Positions 26,286-39,575 of a stretch of 64,000 nucleotides of DNA are shown here, piece by piece; positions within the stretch are counted from its first letter, which is position 1; each line of letters begins with the position of its first letter. The DNA is taken from contig NW_026865402.1 in NCBI RefSeq assembly GCF_026571515.1, positions 248,001 to 312,000 of the forward strand, given 5' to 3'. The DNA comes from Ruditapes philippinarum. Taxonomy: Eukaryota. The position numbers and the translations under genes are program-made. The notes beneath the pieces were generated by a model, which had not been told where the DNA came from, made no database searches, and worked only from the letters and a program-made list of their open reading frames with translations.

Positions 26286-29200
26286 ATGGGAAGAAACTTT
26301 GGTCATATCTCAAGATTATTGCGGCATGCAGAAAAGTCTTTTGGGGAGATATTTAGTGCACCATACTGCACTCCAACAAATCCAGTAAAAGCAGCTATCA
26401 GTCAGGTAATTCATGAGTAACATTGCCAAATTATTTTCAGTTTTCATATCGGGTCACAGGTGAATGTATTTTTTTTGTCAGTGGGTCAAATATCTTCACA
26501 ATTACAAAAGTGAGATTAACAGTGCTTAATATGATTTGCACATTTATGTATTTTAAGGAAGAACATATAACAAGATTGGTGTGAAATGTTTTTAACTTTT
26601 CATTTTCAGCATTTAATCATGTAGTCTCCATATTTTGACTGCAAGATCCAAACGATTTTGTAATCTAATATTACATAGATGCCTGTCTTTAAGGGCAACC
26701 ATCGTCTATATAATAAAAAGCCGTAAAGCAACATTACCATGCATGCAAAAAATTGCATACATTCAAACTTATTAAATTTGTACTGTTGTAGTCATTTATA
26801 TAATTTAGTCCAAATTATATCGGACGTTACAGGCTTGTTATAGTTTATGTCGGTCAAGTCTGCCCAGAAGCAAAAATATCTCAAAGCGACATCATATTTA
26901 TAGGACTACTCTTTATTTATGATGGCTGATCTGGTACATGTAAAAGTTATAAGGAAAAAGTTATTTACTTTCAGAGGATCGCAGTAAAAGATGAGGCTGC
27001 TCCTGACGTACTAACTGATACATTTGGTCGGCATCATACATACCTGAGAATATCATTAAGTGAAAGATGCAATCTCAGATGTAAGAATAGTTTGTAATTT
27101 TGCAATCATTTTGATAAATGTGAAATATTACCAGTTTTTTTTTTCTTCTCACACCATCATCAGCATTTGAGCGCCAACATCGGCATCACACTTTGATGCA
27201 AGATGGCATCTCCAAAACTACAGATACAAGATGGTATCTCCAAAACTACAAAAGGGAATGAGTTGAAACTTCACTCCCTTGTTCTCTGTAATTATCAATC
27301 ATGATGAGCCCAGGTCCCACTATTAGTTACCCTTTTACAGAGTTATGATGCCCCTTTTCTTATTGTCAAGCTCTGAGAATATTCGAGCATGTTGTCTTAT
27401 CTATGGAGACTGAGCCCTTATTCTTAGTACATTGTACATATACTATAGGCAAAGTGCTGTATCTGCAAACTAATATTAATATTGAAAGTACATTGCGAGG
27501 GCTCAGCGCAAGACTATTCTAACTCAATATTTTTCAGAAAATGGTTTTTTGACATTTTCTTGTATAAATTTCTTCAATGCATGTTCTGTTAAAAAGACAT
27601 AATTAATTTCCCACTAATTTTAAAGTTTTACACATTTTAAGAAAATATTCTATCTGGTGATATAATATATTCAGTGCAAAACTATTCTAAGTCAAGTTAG
27701 AATAGTTTGACAATCACTTTTAAGTTAAACCCTGGATATTCTTTTATGCAAGACTATGCTAACTTCAAGTTAGAATAGTCTAGCGAAATTAAAGATGCTG
27801 TTAACAGGAGTTATTGCTATTGGAACTATTCTAACTGAAAATAAACAAAGATTGATGATGTCATCACAAGCTTTCATGATGTCATAAATTACAAGAATAT
27901 TTATGACACTTCTTCTATGATCATATTTTACAGAATTTTACAGTTTTAAAGCATTCTAATGTGTTTTGCGTGTTTTTTTGGTTGTTTTCAAGATGAAGAA
28001 AATTTGTATCCTCATTTATTCAGTCAATATCAAAGATTAATTTATTTTACTGACTGCATGACATTTCAAATTCTCTGTACAAATAATAAAAAAATAGAAA
28101 ATCAAAACTCAGTATTATTCAATATTAGAAGAAATTTTACCTTTTTAGTCTAGAAATTTTAACTTTGTTTATAGAAATGATGAATATTCAATTTGCCTAC
28201 ATTAAGATAAGCGGTTTTAGCCAATCAAGTTCAATGGATGGAGAAAGTGATAAGTGCTCCTTAAGTTTTATCATCATTATTATACCAACTGTGCATTGAA
28301 TACTTATATGTTATAAGGTTTTTAAAATTCTATTCAAATACTCATATGGGAAAAGAAAATGGAACAAGCAAAAAGGCAACAATATGCCTGTAACAGTATT
28401 AAAATAGTATAATATTAAATCCTGGGATTAAGTATGCAAAATGGGCAGTGATATTTTCTGACAATCAGTGTTTATGAAAGCATGCAGTTTTTATAGAAAG
28501 GTCCTTTCCAGTCTGACTAAAGTTTAGATCTGATTGTCTCCGTATTTGTTTAATTTTCATTGTAATTTGGATTTCCCAGGAAAGCTATTTTTAGCAATGA
28601 AATCAAACCGTCCTTTACAGATAGGAATAAGACAAAGTATCAAAATATCATTTTCTGTTTAGCATCGATATAAATAAACATATTGTGATTTTTGATAGAA
28701 AAAAAATTGTTTGAAGTAATGTGAAATACACTGGAAAATTAATGACTACATTTTTAATGGGCATTGTTGTTTTGCCAGTTTACCTGCCGCCTATATGGAC
28801 AACACCATGTTTGTCCTCGAAATTGTGAAAATGACAATGGTTTTTCCAGCCATTTAAATTAGAAACCATATGGGTTTTAAAATTTTGTAAGCTCACCGAT
28901 AATTGGCTGTTTGAAAGGTAATATGAGAAAGTGACAACCTATTGGTGGTTGTCAGATCCTAATGCGTAGTGTTAATTAGCATATTGGAGCCCATTCTTAA
29001 ATTTGCATGCAATTTATGCACAACTTTTTTGTTTTTCATAATGAATTTATATTGCCTCCTATTTGTTAAAGAAATTTATAATTTGTTTGGTAGTTGGGTA
29101 AGAAAAGGGATGAAAAATCAGAAAAAACTCTTATAGCAGTTTGTCTCTTACCAGTACTCCTTAAAGGTTCTTATTATTCCAGTTCAAATAACATGATTTA

Positions 29201-32200
29201 AGTTTTCAAGCCTGTACATAATTGTTTCTTTCTTTGTATTTAGAAAAGTATACTTAATAATACTAGATATTTATCTAGAAATACAATTTAATCAGAGTTA
29301 TGTGTTTATTAATTTTGAATTTTTGAAATTTTTTTATTTTAAAAACTTCCAGAACTTTCACTGAATTTATGTATCTTCAGCAACCTTTATTGCTTACAGT
29401 AAAAATTATTTTGTTTTGTATAATTTATTTCTTAAAATAAGGATTGTTTTTACCAAAACAGCAACATTCTTTTACATTATGACAAATAAGTAATACTATG
29501 TAATATTATGACATTTAATTACTACTAAAATATATCTTCTAAAGTTCTAAAGAGTTTCATTTAATTTTGTGTTAAGTATTTAAATACACTTTTAAAATGT
29601 CAGTTTCTAAAAAATTGTAAATTTTGATTGGCGAACTAATTGTAAAATTCAAAAAGTGTTTTCCTGGTGCATAATTGTCAATTTTATTATGTTTCAATAG
29701 TGTCTATCATGCATTTATTGAACTTATATACATATTAGTTACTGGTACAAATGTTAAAAGAATAAAATGTTTCCTTAGATAAAATATTTCAGTTATTTTA
29801 AAGTGGGGTTTAGTATATTATAAGATTGAAATATATTTCATAAAATGAACACCTGATGCGATATTTTGACACAGCCACAAGTGATAAAATAACACCATTA
29901 TAACATTAAATGAAATATAATTTGATCTACCAATTGCAAAATAGTTATTTCATCTATTTTTAAAGGTTTTAAGGCACTTTGATTTTTGTCTGTGTATCAT
30001 CATAATATATATTACTTTATCACATTATGTTTATATTCAAAAAATAATTCTGTAGTATTTCATGAATTCTGTTTGATTTTTAACTTATGTGCAAATATTT
30101 AAGTGCTTAATTCTCATCATTATATCACATTATACTAATGACTAAGTGTATTTCTCACAATATGTCCATTTATTACATGCTTTTCAGTGGACAGTAAAAT
30201 TATAAAATATAATTATCACAGTAGCCAGACTATATCTAAATGCGGATGAAAAGAATATAACTTAAATACATAGAAATACTGTCCGATTGCGAATACACAC
30301 CATTATGAGTAAAATGTGCTTGAATACGAGAAACACATAAATATCTAGTTATCTACACAGTCATATCATTTTAAAAATGTAACATTATTTCGTAAAAGTT
30401 TACAGGATTATTTCTTAACAAGAACTATGTGACATGATGATTTTATGACATCATTAATGAGAGCGCATGTCTTTATTTGGCAAAAGTCAGGAAAAAATAT
30501 TAAAACCGATAAAAAAGCATGGAATAAATAGCAAATTTGTTTTTTATATGCAAGATCATATTATATTTGTAAAATTATAGTCACAAAACAATTTTTTTAT
30601 AAATTGAATTAATGATATTATGATATATCTTTTAAATTTGCAAAATGTCTAATGTGTTAGTAAGTAATTTCTCAATAACATAATGTATTTTTTACCAGTA
30701 CCTATTTAAATTAAAAATAAAAAGAGACTTAAAGCTGCATGCCTCCAGATGAACCAAAATATTTCAATAAAACCAAACTTGGAACAAAAGTATTCAGATT
30801 TCAAGAAAAGTAAAAAGATTCAAGATAAAAGTAACAATTCCATGTTATGTGCGATTTATGACTGATTTTGCAGTATTTTCAACCTTAGTTCTATTGCATT
30901 ACTAACACAGGGCTATTTTAGCATATTTTGACCTATTTTTGGTAATTTACATGGTTTGTAAGTGCTGTTTGCAATGTGAAAGTTATTTTCTTTTTTCACT
31001 TCACAATATTTTACTTTATAATACATTTTCAAATTTTTCATGAAAATCAGCATGAATCTGGAGGTGTGCTGCTTTAAAGGATTGTGAAATTCCTACAATG
31101 GAGGGTTAAAGCAGTCCTTTAATTGTGCATCAACAAGGATGCATTCACAGCCCAAGCATGCATGCAATGCTTTCTAGCACAAAGTACCATATGTTCATCA
31201 TTTCATTATTTGTGTCATTTTAGTCAGTTTTTTTTTACATGGGAATGTGTATAAAAACAAACGATATGACTAGAATGAAAATTATTATCCTATTCTTGTG
31301 TTTGATGAGATAATAAGTCAAGGCTGCCATCACTTGTACCTGCTATATATTTTAGTAGGGTATAAATTACTGATAATTATGCAAATATGTAACAATATCA
31401 AATTATACTATATAATATGGTCTTAGAAAAACCCCAAACATTAATATCCCTTCAAAAAATATTTAAAAAACAAATTTACTTTCAAAAAGTAAACATATAT
31501 TCTAACTTGATAGATAAAAGACATTCTTAACTTTCAAAGTATTGCAAAAGTAATCTAACTTAAGATAGAATAGTTTTGCACAAGATATAGGAATCAAACA
31601 TACATATATTATAGTATTAAAGTATTACTACTCAAGATAGAATAGTTTTGCACAATAAATATTCAGGAATAAGTGGCTTTTCTAGTGCAATACTAGGCTA
31701 TGTTAACATGTAGGCAATAAAATGCATATTTTACACTTTTCTTGAAAAAATGAACATGTACACAACTTATTTCTATTTTTTGATAAGATTGGTTGTGATT
31801 TTTTTTTCAAAAAATGAAATCACAATAAAATAACATATTTTTTCCATTTCCTGAAAATTTTTCAAAATACAAGTTAGAATAGTCTTGCGCCGAGCCCTCG
31901 ATTGCATGAAACTAAAAAATATTTTTCTTCAGGGATTATGAATATTTATTGGCGACGCCGGTGAGCGGCGTCGTCTATTATGGAACGCTTTTTATTTTTG
32001 CCTGTAGAAGGAGCTGTTATTATTAGCAGTTAATTTCATGTTGTGTAAGTTAGATTTATTTTGATTCGTAAAAATCAAGTAAACAAATATATTGTTATAT
32101 TTGTATTTAATAGCGAGCTCGACGAGCTGGCCCGAAGGGCCTGCTCGCAAAGCGAGCTTTACGGTAACGCGAGTACCTGCTAAGTGATGGTTTTGAAAAC

Positions 32201-35200
32201 TTTCGTCCAAAGTACCGAATTGGACACATCGCAACCTTTCGAATTTAAAGATAACGATAAAAACTGAGGAATTCTGACTGAAAACGGATGTGTAGACTGG
32301 TCACCCGCGCACGTCAATGGGAACCATAATTGGACAGGGAACCAGAATAACGGAAGCTGTGGTCGATAAAATGAAAATCGAAGGCGCCATTTTGTTTGAA
32401 ATCTGATAAATAAAAACAATTTTTGTCGAATTTTGTTGTGAAAACTATCTAGAATGAAAGAAAATGGTCTAACTAAGAAAATGAATCCGAACACCAAAAT
32501 CTTTTATTCAGTCGTTAACGCTGTACAGACGTTTAAAATATTGTTTACATGACGTCACAATGTAGCGCCAAACAGCACGTGCAAAACAAACAAATCGAGT
32601 ACGCTATTTTAATGTCGCAAACGTTTTAAGTTTTACATTTATTTCACTTTAAATAATCTTTATTTCGCTTGAAAAAATATAGAGTGAAATAAAATAAACA
32701 AAGTTTTATCAATGTTTTCAAAACTCGTTATTCATTTCACGACAGGGGCGGAGCCATATTTAACACAGTACGTGTGACGTCACACGCACTCGTCACTGCA
32801 TTTGAAATAAAAATGAGCGATTATTTCATACTATTTCACGTAAAAGTACATCGAGCTCGCTTTGAGGCTTTGCCTTTTTTCATATTAACTTTATGTAAAA
32901 AGCATGTGCATTGTGATATTATTTTCACGAAATTGCGGGTTAAGTTTAACAGCTTGTCCCTTAGTTTTAATGACAATACTAAAACCCGGATTTCGAATAT
33001 CGTTGTGGTCTAGATTGAGGCCGTATCATTTATACATTTTCAAAATTTTCCTACAAGAAGAAAGTTCACCTGCAATTGAGTATAAGGATAGGTAATGGAA
33101 CTGTTGTAAACGATTATCCTATTGATTTTATCCTTATTACATTTATCTGTTGCGCAGAATGGTTGTTTTTACAAAGTGTACCAGTATCCGGATGTTGAAA
33201 GCTATCCGATTTTCTGCAATTACTGCTGACACATGGCCATCTATTTTTTTATGAATACTTTACCATTAATTTGCATGGCTTGATAAAATTGAACCTGCAA
33301 CATTTCATAATTTTGCTGTTTATCGTGTTCTTTTGGGTTTCAGGTTTTCTTTATTTTAAGGGGAAGTAACTTATGTTTACTAAATTATTTGTTCTTTTCT
33401 GTCTATCTTAGGTATTACTTATAATACTATTTTTGTTGTATATAATTCACCAGTTGTAAGGTCATCAAAAGCATGTTAATGTTAATGTTAGGATTTCATA
33501 TTTATTTAATATAAACTGGGAATTATTAATGTTATGTGCATGTACATGTATATCTTAGACAGTAGTATATTGATATGTTGAGGCAGTATTGCATGATACT
33601 TTTAGATCTACAAAGGGCATTTGATACAGTTGAACACACTATCCTGCACATGAAGAAGTTGTTTTTCTTCTTCTTCATGAAACTTCAAGCATCTGCCATA
33701 TATAATGACATTCTTACATGGTTTAAGTCTTATCTCTGATAGTAGCTGGTTGATGTGGCTGGTACTTATTCTACTACTGCTCTGAGTACCTATGCTGTCC
33801 CCCTGATGTTCATTTTAGGTCCTCTTTTATGTCTAATATATGTCAATTACATGTCTTCAACCCTAAGCAATAAGCTTTTATTATAATGCACAGGCACGAG
33901 TATCAGACCTTGGATGAAAAAATATGGCCAGATTGATAAAAAAACCTGTGTTCATCTTAAAAGTGTCAACAACCAAAATAAAATGTAAATAATAACCCCC
34001 TTTAAAAATATACTTCAAGTTGATAGTATATTTTTAAAGGGGATCATTATTTACATTTTTTGTTTTGGTTTTTATAAACACAGTTTTTTTTATCAATCTG
34101 GTCATCTGGTCATATTTTTTCTTCCCAGGTCCGATACTCTTGCCAGTGATTATATGCTAATGACTCAGGAATCCTTGTGTCTCGTAAAATAAATCTGAAG
34201 AAATTCTTTCTTATAACATGAGTCTTATAAGATTGCTTAATTGACTATAAATTGCCTTTGCATCTTGGCAAGACAGAGTCTATTCTTTTTTGGTTTAAGT
34301 TTCAACTTAACCTGGCCCTAGCCTCCAGGTCACATGTAATGGTACTGCTATAAAGTACACATCTTTTGTTAAGTATTTAGGTGCAAATCTGGATCAAATT
34401 CTTTTGGCGTCGCCCTTTGATGCTTTGCATCAATGCTTTTCTTGTAGTATTAATCAAATATTATTCAACACATGTAGTGAGGTAACAAGCATAAGGCATG
34501 GTTACAATGATCCATACAACTGATGAAACTACAATGTAATTTTTTCAATCGATTGTAAGTTAGGTGATATTTCTATTGTACATACTTTATGTGATATAAT
34601 GTCTGAAATACCTCATATAACACATACTACTTCAAATCTGTATGTATTCATTATCTTGATAGGCCAATATTGTATGCCAGAAGAAGGGGTAGACCTTACG
34701 CCAAAAGAAAAGTTACTGAGTACTGAGGAGATATTGCGGCTGTCTGAAATGTTTGTACAAGAGGGTATAACAAAAATAAGGCTTACAGGAGGTGAACCAT
34801 TAGTCAGGAAGGATTTAGCTCATATAATAGGTTAGTAATTTATTGAATTGTATATTTTGAGTATCGTAACCTTAACCTGTGGGAACTGAAAGTGATTAGC
34901 CTTTGCCTCCCAATTAGAGCCAGGCCAGTCTGCATATGCTTAATAGAAGTTGGTAACTTAACTTTTGTATGCTTAAATACTTAAAATTTGAATGGATGGT
35001 TCAAAATTCAAATCAGGGCAAGTCCATTATAAAAATTCTGCAGGTTAAGGTTTAAGATAATATGAAACGTACAGTAATATGGATCAGTTTGAATATATAC
35101 ATTGTATGATAGGAAGGATAGTCTAGTTGATGTCACTCAGCATTACCATTTATCATGGTTGAAACTGTTACTTGACATTCTAATACATATAAAACTTCAG

Positions 35201-38200
35201 TATTGATCATTATAAAATGCATTTTCCTTTGAAGATGTCACCAACACTTACAAAATGGATACTTTAATTTAAAACATGGAAAAGGAGCGTACATGTAATT
35301 ACAATTGGACTGCTGTTTGTAATAAAATGTATATATTTTTGTTTGGTTTAAAATGGCAATGGAATCAACAGAAAAATTATACTTTTAAATTGGCATGACA
35401 TTGTATATATAATGTATATGATCACACTCATGCTTTGCTGTACTTGCAGAAGGAATGAATAGGTTACGTCCCTTTGGCTTACAAACTATTGCCATGACAA
35501 CAAATGGTGTAACACTTGCCAGAAAACTTCCACTGCTGAAAGAAGCAGGTTTAGATTTGCTCAACATTAGCCTTGACACTCTAATTCCAGCCAAGTTTGA
35601 GTTTATAACTCGACGGAAGGGTTGGGATAGGGTCATGAACAGTATTGATAAGGCATTAGATCTTGGATATGATCCTGTAAAGGTACAGTAATTGGTCTGA
35701 TTATAACATACTACAGTGATATAACTTTAAAAAATATTTTATTTTTTAACTCTCACCACACAAAAATGTCTTCAATGGACAATCAATGGACTTGTCTGTC
35801 TTCATTCTGGACAAAACCATTCATCAGTTTTTCAAAATATGTACTGACTGGAAAGCAAATAGTGCAGAAAAAATTATCAGACTGCACGGATCTTGGTCAG
35901 CACTGGTTGCATGGGTAGATTGCCAGCAGGCAAAGCATAAACTTGCCTATGCCACAAGTATAAGGTCACTGCCAGGCTAGGGTGTATAGCTCTGCCATTG
36001 ACAAGACTATTAGCTAACTTGGCTGCTAATGTTTTAATTTTGTATCCCTTTTAAAAAATAAAAAGGGAATTTCCAAATTCAAGAATGGAAAGGCGATATA
36101 CATTATTTTCAGCGGGAAAGAGGATTTTATTTTAAAAATAAATTATTTTTTTCGTAAATTTAAAAAAAAAAAACCAATTTCTTTTAAATCATTTTTTATC
36201 AAAAAAATTTTAAAGTTAATTTTTTTTTACCCCCAAGGGTTTAAATAAATAAAAAAACCCACAAAAGGGTTTTTAATTTAAAGTAAATATCAGTTATTTT
36301 ATTGAAAATTTGACATTTTAAAATATTTTGATTGTATTGATTTTTTTGATAGATGGTTTTTAATGATTTTCTTTCCTTAAAAGGTAAACTGTTTTTTGGT
36401 AAAAAGGGGTTAAAAATGAGAAATCAATGATTTTGTTGCACTAACAGAAAATAAGGTAAATTTTATAGATATTAAAAAGGATCTGGAAAAATATACAAGA
36501 CATGTTTAAGATTATATTTTTTCTATATAAAAGATATTTTCTGATTGTTAACAAGGGAAAAATTGAAAGAATAATGCTTTGTAAATTGAAACATCAGTTT
36601 TTTGCTGACTTTGAAATTCCAGGAGAATCATGATTTGAGGAAGAACATTTATTTATTCTGAAATGCAAACATTTACTTTCCATTCTACTTCATCTTGATG
36701 TTATTGATGTCAAAAAAAAGTCACTTTAGTTAATATAACATGTACAAGGGCTGTCCGGCATTCAAATGGCTTCTAAAAGAATTTTACTGAAATTTAATAA
36801 GCCTTTGCTGTGTTTACATGCCAAAAACAACCATGATATTGTTTAATTTGATTACATAGAACAAATTATAAACTACCTGGTAATGCAATGTGCATAACCA
36901 GATTTCAAAATTTACCTGGGCTCTGATTGATTGAAATTTTAGCTTTGATTTTGAATTATTTTCTATTTATTGATAATCAATGTTATTATATCTGAATTTT
37001 CTTTTATTGTTTTGTAGAAAAAGATATAAGTTTTAAATAAAATTTTAATCCCATTTGATGTAAAAATGGAATTTAAAAGATGGGCCATCAGAAATTTTTT
37101 AAAAGACATACAAGAAAGATACCCCACTGTATACAGGATGAGTGATCTACCTAATGACACATCTAAGGTAAAATAGTGTCAGACATATCTGTAACAGGAA
37201 AACAAATGATTAAAGCTGCTGCTTTCAAATGATTTAAAAAACCTTTTTAAAATAGACAGAAAAAAATGTGAATGTTTATGACTTTTTGTGGTATTTTTTA
37301 CCAATTTCCACCCCTGTCAAATGCGAAAGGGCTTTTTTCATATTTTAAAATCTCTTATTGGTAATTTATAGGGATTGTTAGTGCAGTTTTCAATGTGTAA
37401 ATTACTCTCTGTTCACTTTACAATTCTTTACTTTTTTCAAATTTTCATGAATTGCTCTCTAGAAAGTAAGTGCCTAAGATTATATAGCTTAACCCTAAAC
37501 CTACTGAATTTCTAATAAAGACTGTTCTAGGTTCCATTTTTGAAACTGTCCATTGTTCAGTTAAATAATATCAAGACAAAAAAATTGAAGTTGGTCACCC
37601 TTTATTATAGAGTTTGGGGTTAAAACTGATATTTTTTAGACGGGCCGGGCTCAATATGGTGGCAAAGGCTAAAAATTTTCTGTTCCAGCGGGGGTAAGGT
37701 TAGATACTCAATTAAATACACCTTTACGCTGTTTAAAAATGAAAAATGTTGTAAAAAATTGGGCGAATTTGGGGGGCTTTTTTCATAGTTTAGAAATTCT
37801 GGTTATTTTTTAAATTAAATTTTTTAAAGTTTATTAATTTTGGGAATTTACAACATTTTTAGGCCTACAAAGTTGAAGGGTTCAAAGGTCAGGTGGGTTT
37901 TATTACCTCAATGAGTGAACATTTTTGTGGATCTTGCAATAGACTTCGTCTGACTGCAGATGGAAATCTGAAGGTATGTATTTATCTGTGATATTTTAAT
38001 TGTACTTTTAAATTATTTTTCTTTTACATTAAAGAAACAAAACAAAAACACTGATGTAACTTAAATTTTGAAGACAACTTTCCATTATTTAATACTTAAA
38101 TAACTAAGCAGAATTTTTGCATTACTCATTTGAATAAAATTACTTACTTTATTTTTAGCTTATCTTTTCTTTGTCTCCCCGGCATCCCTGTCACACTTTG

Positions 38201-39184
38201 GTTAAAATTTTGCCTGCAAGTTAGTATCTCTGGAAAAAAACTACTGAAGGCATTTGGTTGAAGTTCACACACTTGTTAATTCTGAGTTACCTTTTTACAG
38301 AGTTATGTCCCTTTCCTTACTGTCAAGCACCAAGAATAGTCGAGCACACTGTCTTACAGACCAATCTTGTTGAATGTATTTCTTGCTAAATATATTTAGG
38401 TAGCCTGATATAGGATATTTTAGGTCACCTTGTGACATCAAAACATCCAATCAAAGAAGAGCATTTTGTTGTCCGCATGATATAATTATGATATACATAT
38501 ATCTACATTTATTTTCGAAGGTATGTTTATTTGGTAATTCCGAGGTGTCATTAAGAGATGCATTAAGGGAAGATATATCAGAGGAAGAACTGATGCAGGT
38601 TGTTAGTGCAGCTGTGAAGAGGAAAAAGAAACAGCATGCTGGTATGTACAATGTATATCAGGGTTAACCCATTACCTACTGAATTTCTTTATTTGATTTG
38701 CCCAGCTTTTAATTTGGAACATTCCATTTGCAGTTTAAGGGATTTTGATATTAAAATACAAAAAAAACTTGGGTACCAGCAATTTAGAACTTGGTCAGAC
38801 TGCACAGAAGTGTAGAGACTGACCTGCCTCTATACTGGTGGCAAAGGCTAGTCACTCTCAGTTCCAGAAGGTTAAGGGTTAAATTGTCTCAGATAAGATA
38901 AGAAGTTGTTAATTCAAGTTTAAATATTTTACTATCAACTTCTAAAAAATGTTGGCTTTCAATGAATGACAGAACTGCATGAATTTTCAGAAAGAGAATT
39001 TTCATTATTTTGTGAGTGAGAATTAGTCAATATTATCATGGCTTAAGTTATAAACTTATTATAATAATGTAGACAAATATTATCATATGAATAAAAGATA
39101 AAACATGACTATATTTATATTTTTACAGGTGTGCTTAACCTGTCTAAAATGAAGAACAGACCTATGATATTAATTGGTGGGTGA
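26286..39184 (+). CDS. MOCS1: MOCS1A (MoaA-like GTP 3',8-cyclase, radical SAM), exons 1-9
   Basis: Exons 26286-26405, 26975-27080, 34663-34830, 35450-35682, 36384-36455, 37018-37167, 37863-37973, 38521-38641 and 39129-39184 (1137 nt). Motifs [63 protein letters not shown] and C-terminal RPMILIGG-stop. Exons 5 and 6 are garbled in this assembly. Exon 1 is less certain. Confidence 0.93.
27496..31900. mobile_element. 4.4-kb non-autonomous TIR transposon with 4-bp TSD (Sola-like, tentative) in MOCS1 intron 2
   Basis: TIR CGAGGGCTC(A/G)GCGCAAGACTATTCTAACT at both ends. ATTG duplicated at 27492-27495 and 31901-31904. Sub-terminal ACTATTCTA repeats at both ends. Confidence 0.85.
32111..32887 (+). 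mobile_element. Helentron-type (HINE) non-autonomous element, uninterrupted copy
   Basis: Asymmetric IR AGCGAGCTCGA/TCGAGCTCGCT, 5' hairpin GGCCCGAAGGGCC and 3' stem AGGCTTTGCCT + T run. Near-identical inverted copy at 47997-50083. Confidence 0.85.
33570..34400 (+). pseudogene. Decayed LINE (CR1/L2-like) reverse transcriptase fragment
   Basis: Reads [48 protein letters not shown] and [11 protein letters not shown] across stops and frameshifts. Confidence 0.8.
33889..34148. mobile_element. Palindromic MITE inserted in the LINE RT fragment
   Basis: Long inverted arms CAC(A/T)GGCA.GAGTATC.GACCT. Flanks ATTATA(A)TG / ATTATATG look like an 8-bp TSD. Confidence 0.8.
38664..38882. mobile_element. 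TTAA-ended MITE of about 220 bp (related copies about 34867-35055, 35746-35983, 37489-37702)
   Basis: TTAACCC...GGGTTAA ends and shared core GGTCAGACTGCAC...CTGGTGGCAAAGGCTA.TCAC...GTTCCAG. Confidence 0.7.
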
Positions 39185-39575
39185 CATCATTTATCTTAAC
39201 ACGTATGTACAAATCATGAATTAATTTAATGGAATCTGTGTTTAGTTTATTTTACTGTTAGTAACTAATAAGGATATAGATATCAATTGTGTGCTCATTA
39301 TTGTTAAATATTTCAGGGTTCTTGTTCAAATTTTGCAGTTATATAATCACAAAGACCAATAGGTCTTAGTGATAAATAACCAAACAATTGAATGATAAAT
39401 CTTGCATTATTATTATTATTCATTTCTAGACAAGGCAACCAGTGACTATGTATAATCCCAGTATAGCAAATGGATAGCCAGACAGGCAATTTGCATAAAA
39501 CTGTTATAAAGGTCTTATTATTAATTTGTGGTGCATTTTTGGCATAAAACCTACAATCTTTAGCTTTTAGAAATA

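Noticed and set aside
31992-33095. Cluster of short ORFs, with similar peptides at 48018 and 49676
   Set aside because: The similarity reflects two copies of the same non-coding HINE-type element.
36384-37167. MOCS1A as a pseudogene, or stop-codon recoding (selenocysteine)
   Set aside because: The lesions cluster in a homopolymer-distorted segment, include TAA stops, and the remaining exons are intact. Sequence error is more parsimonious.
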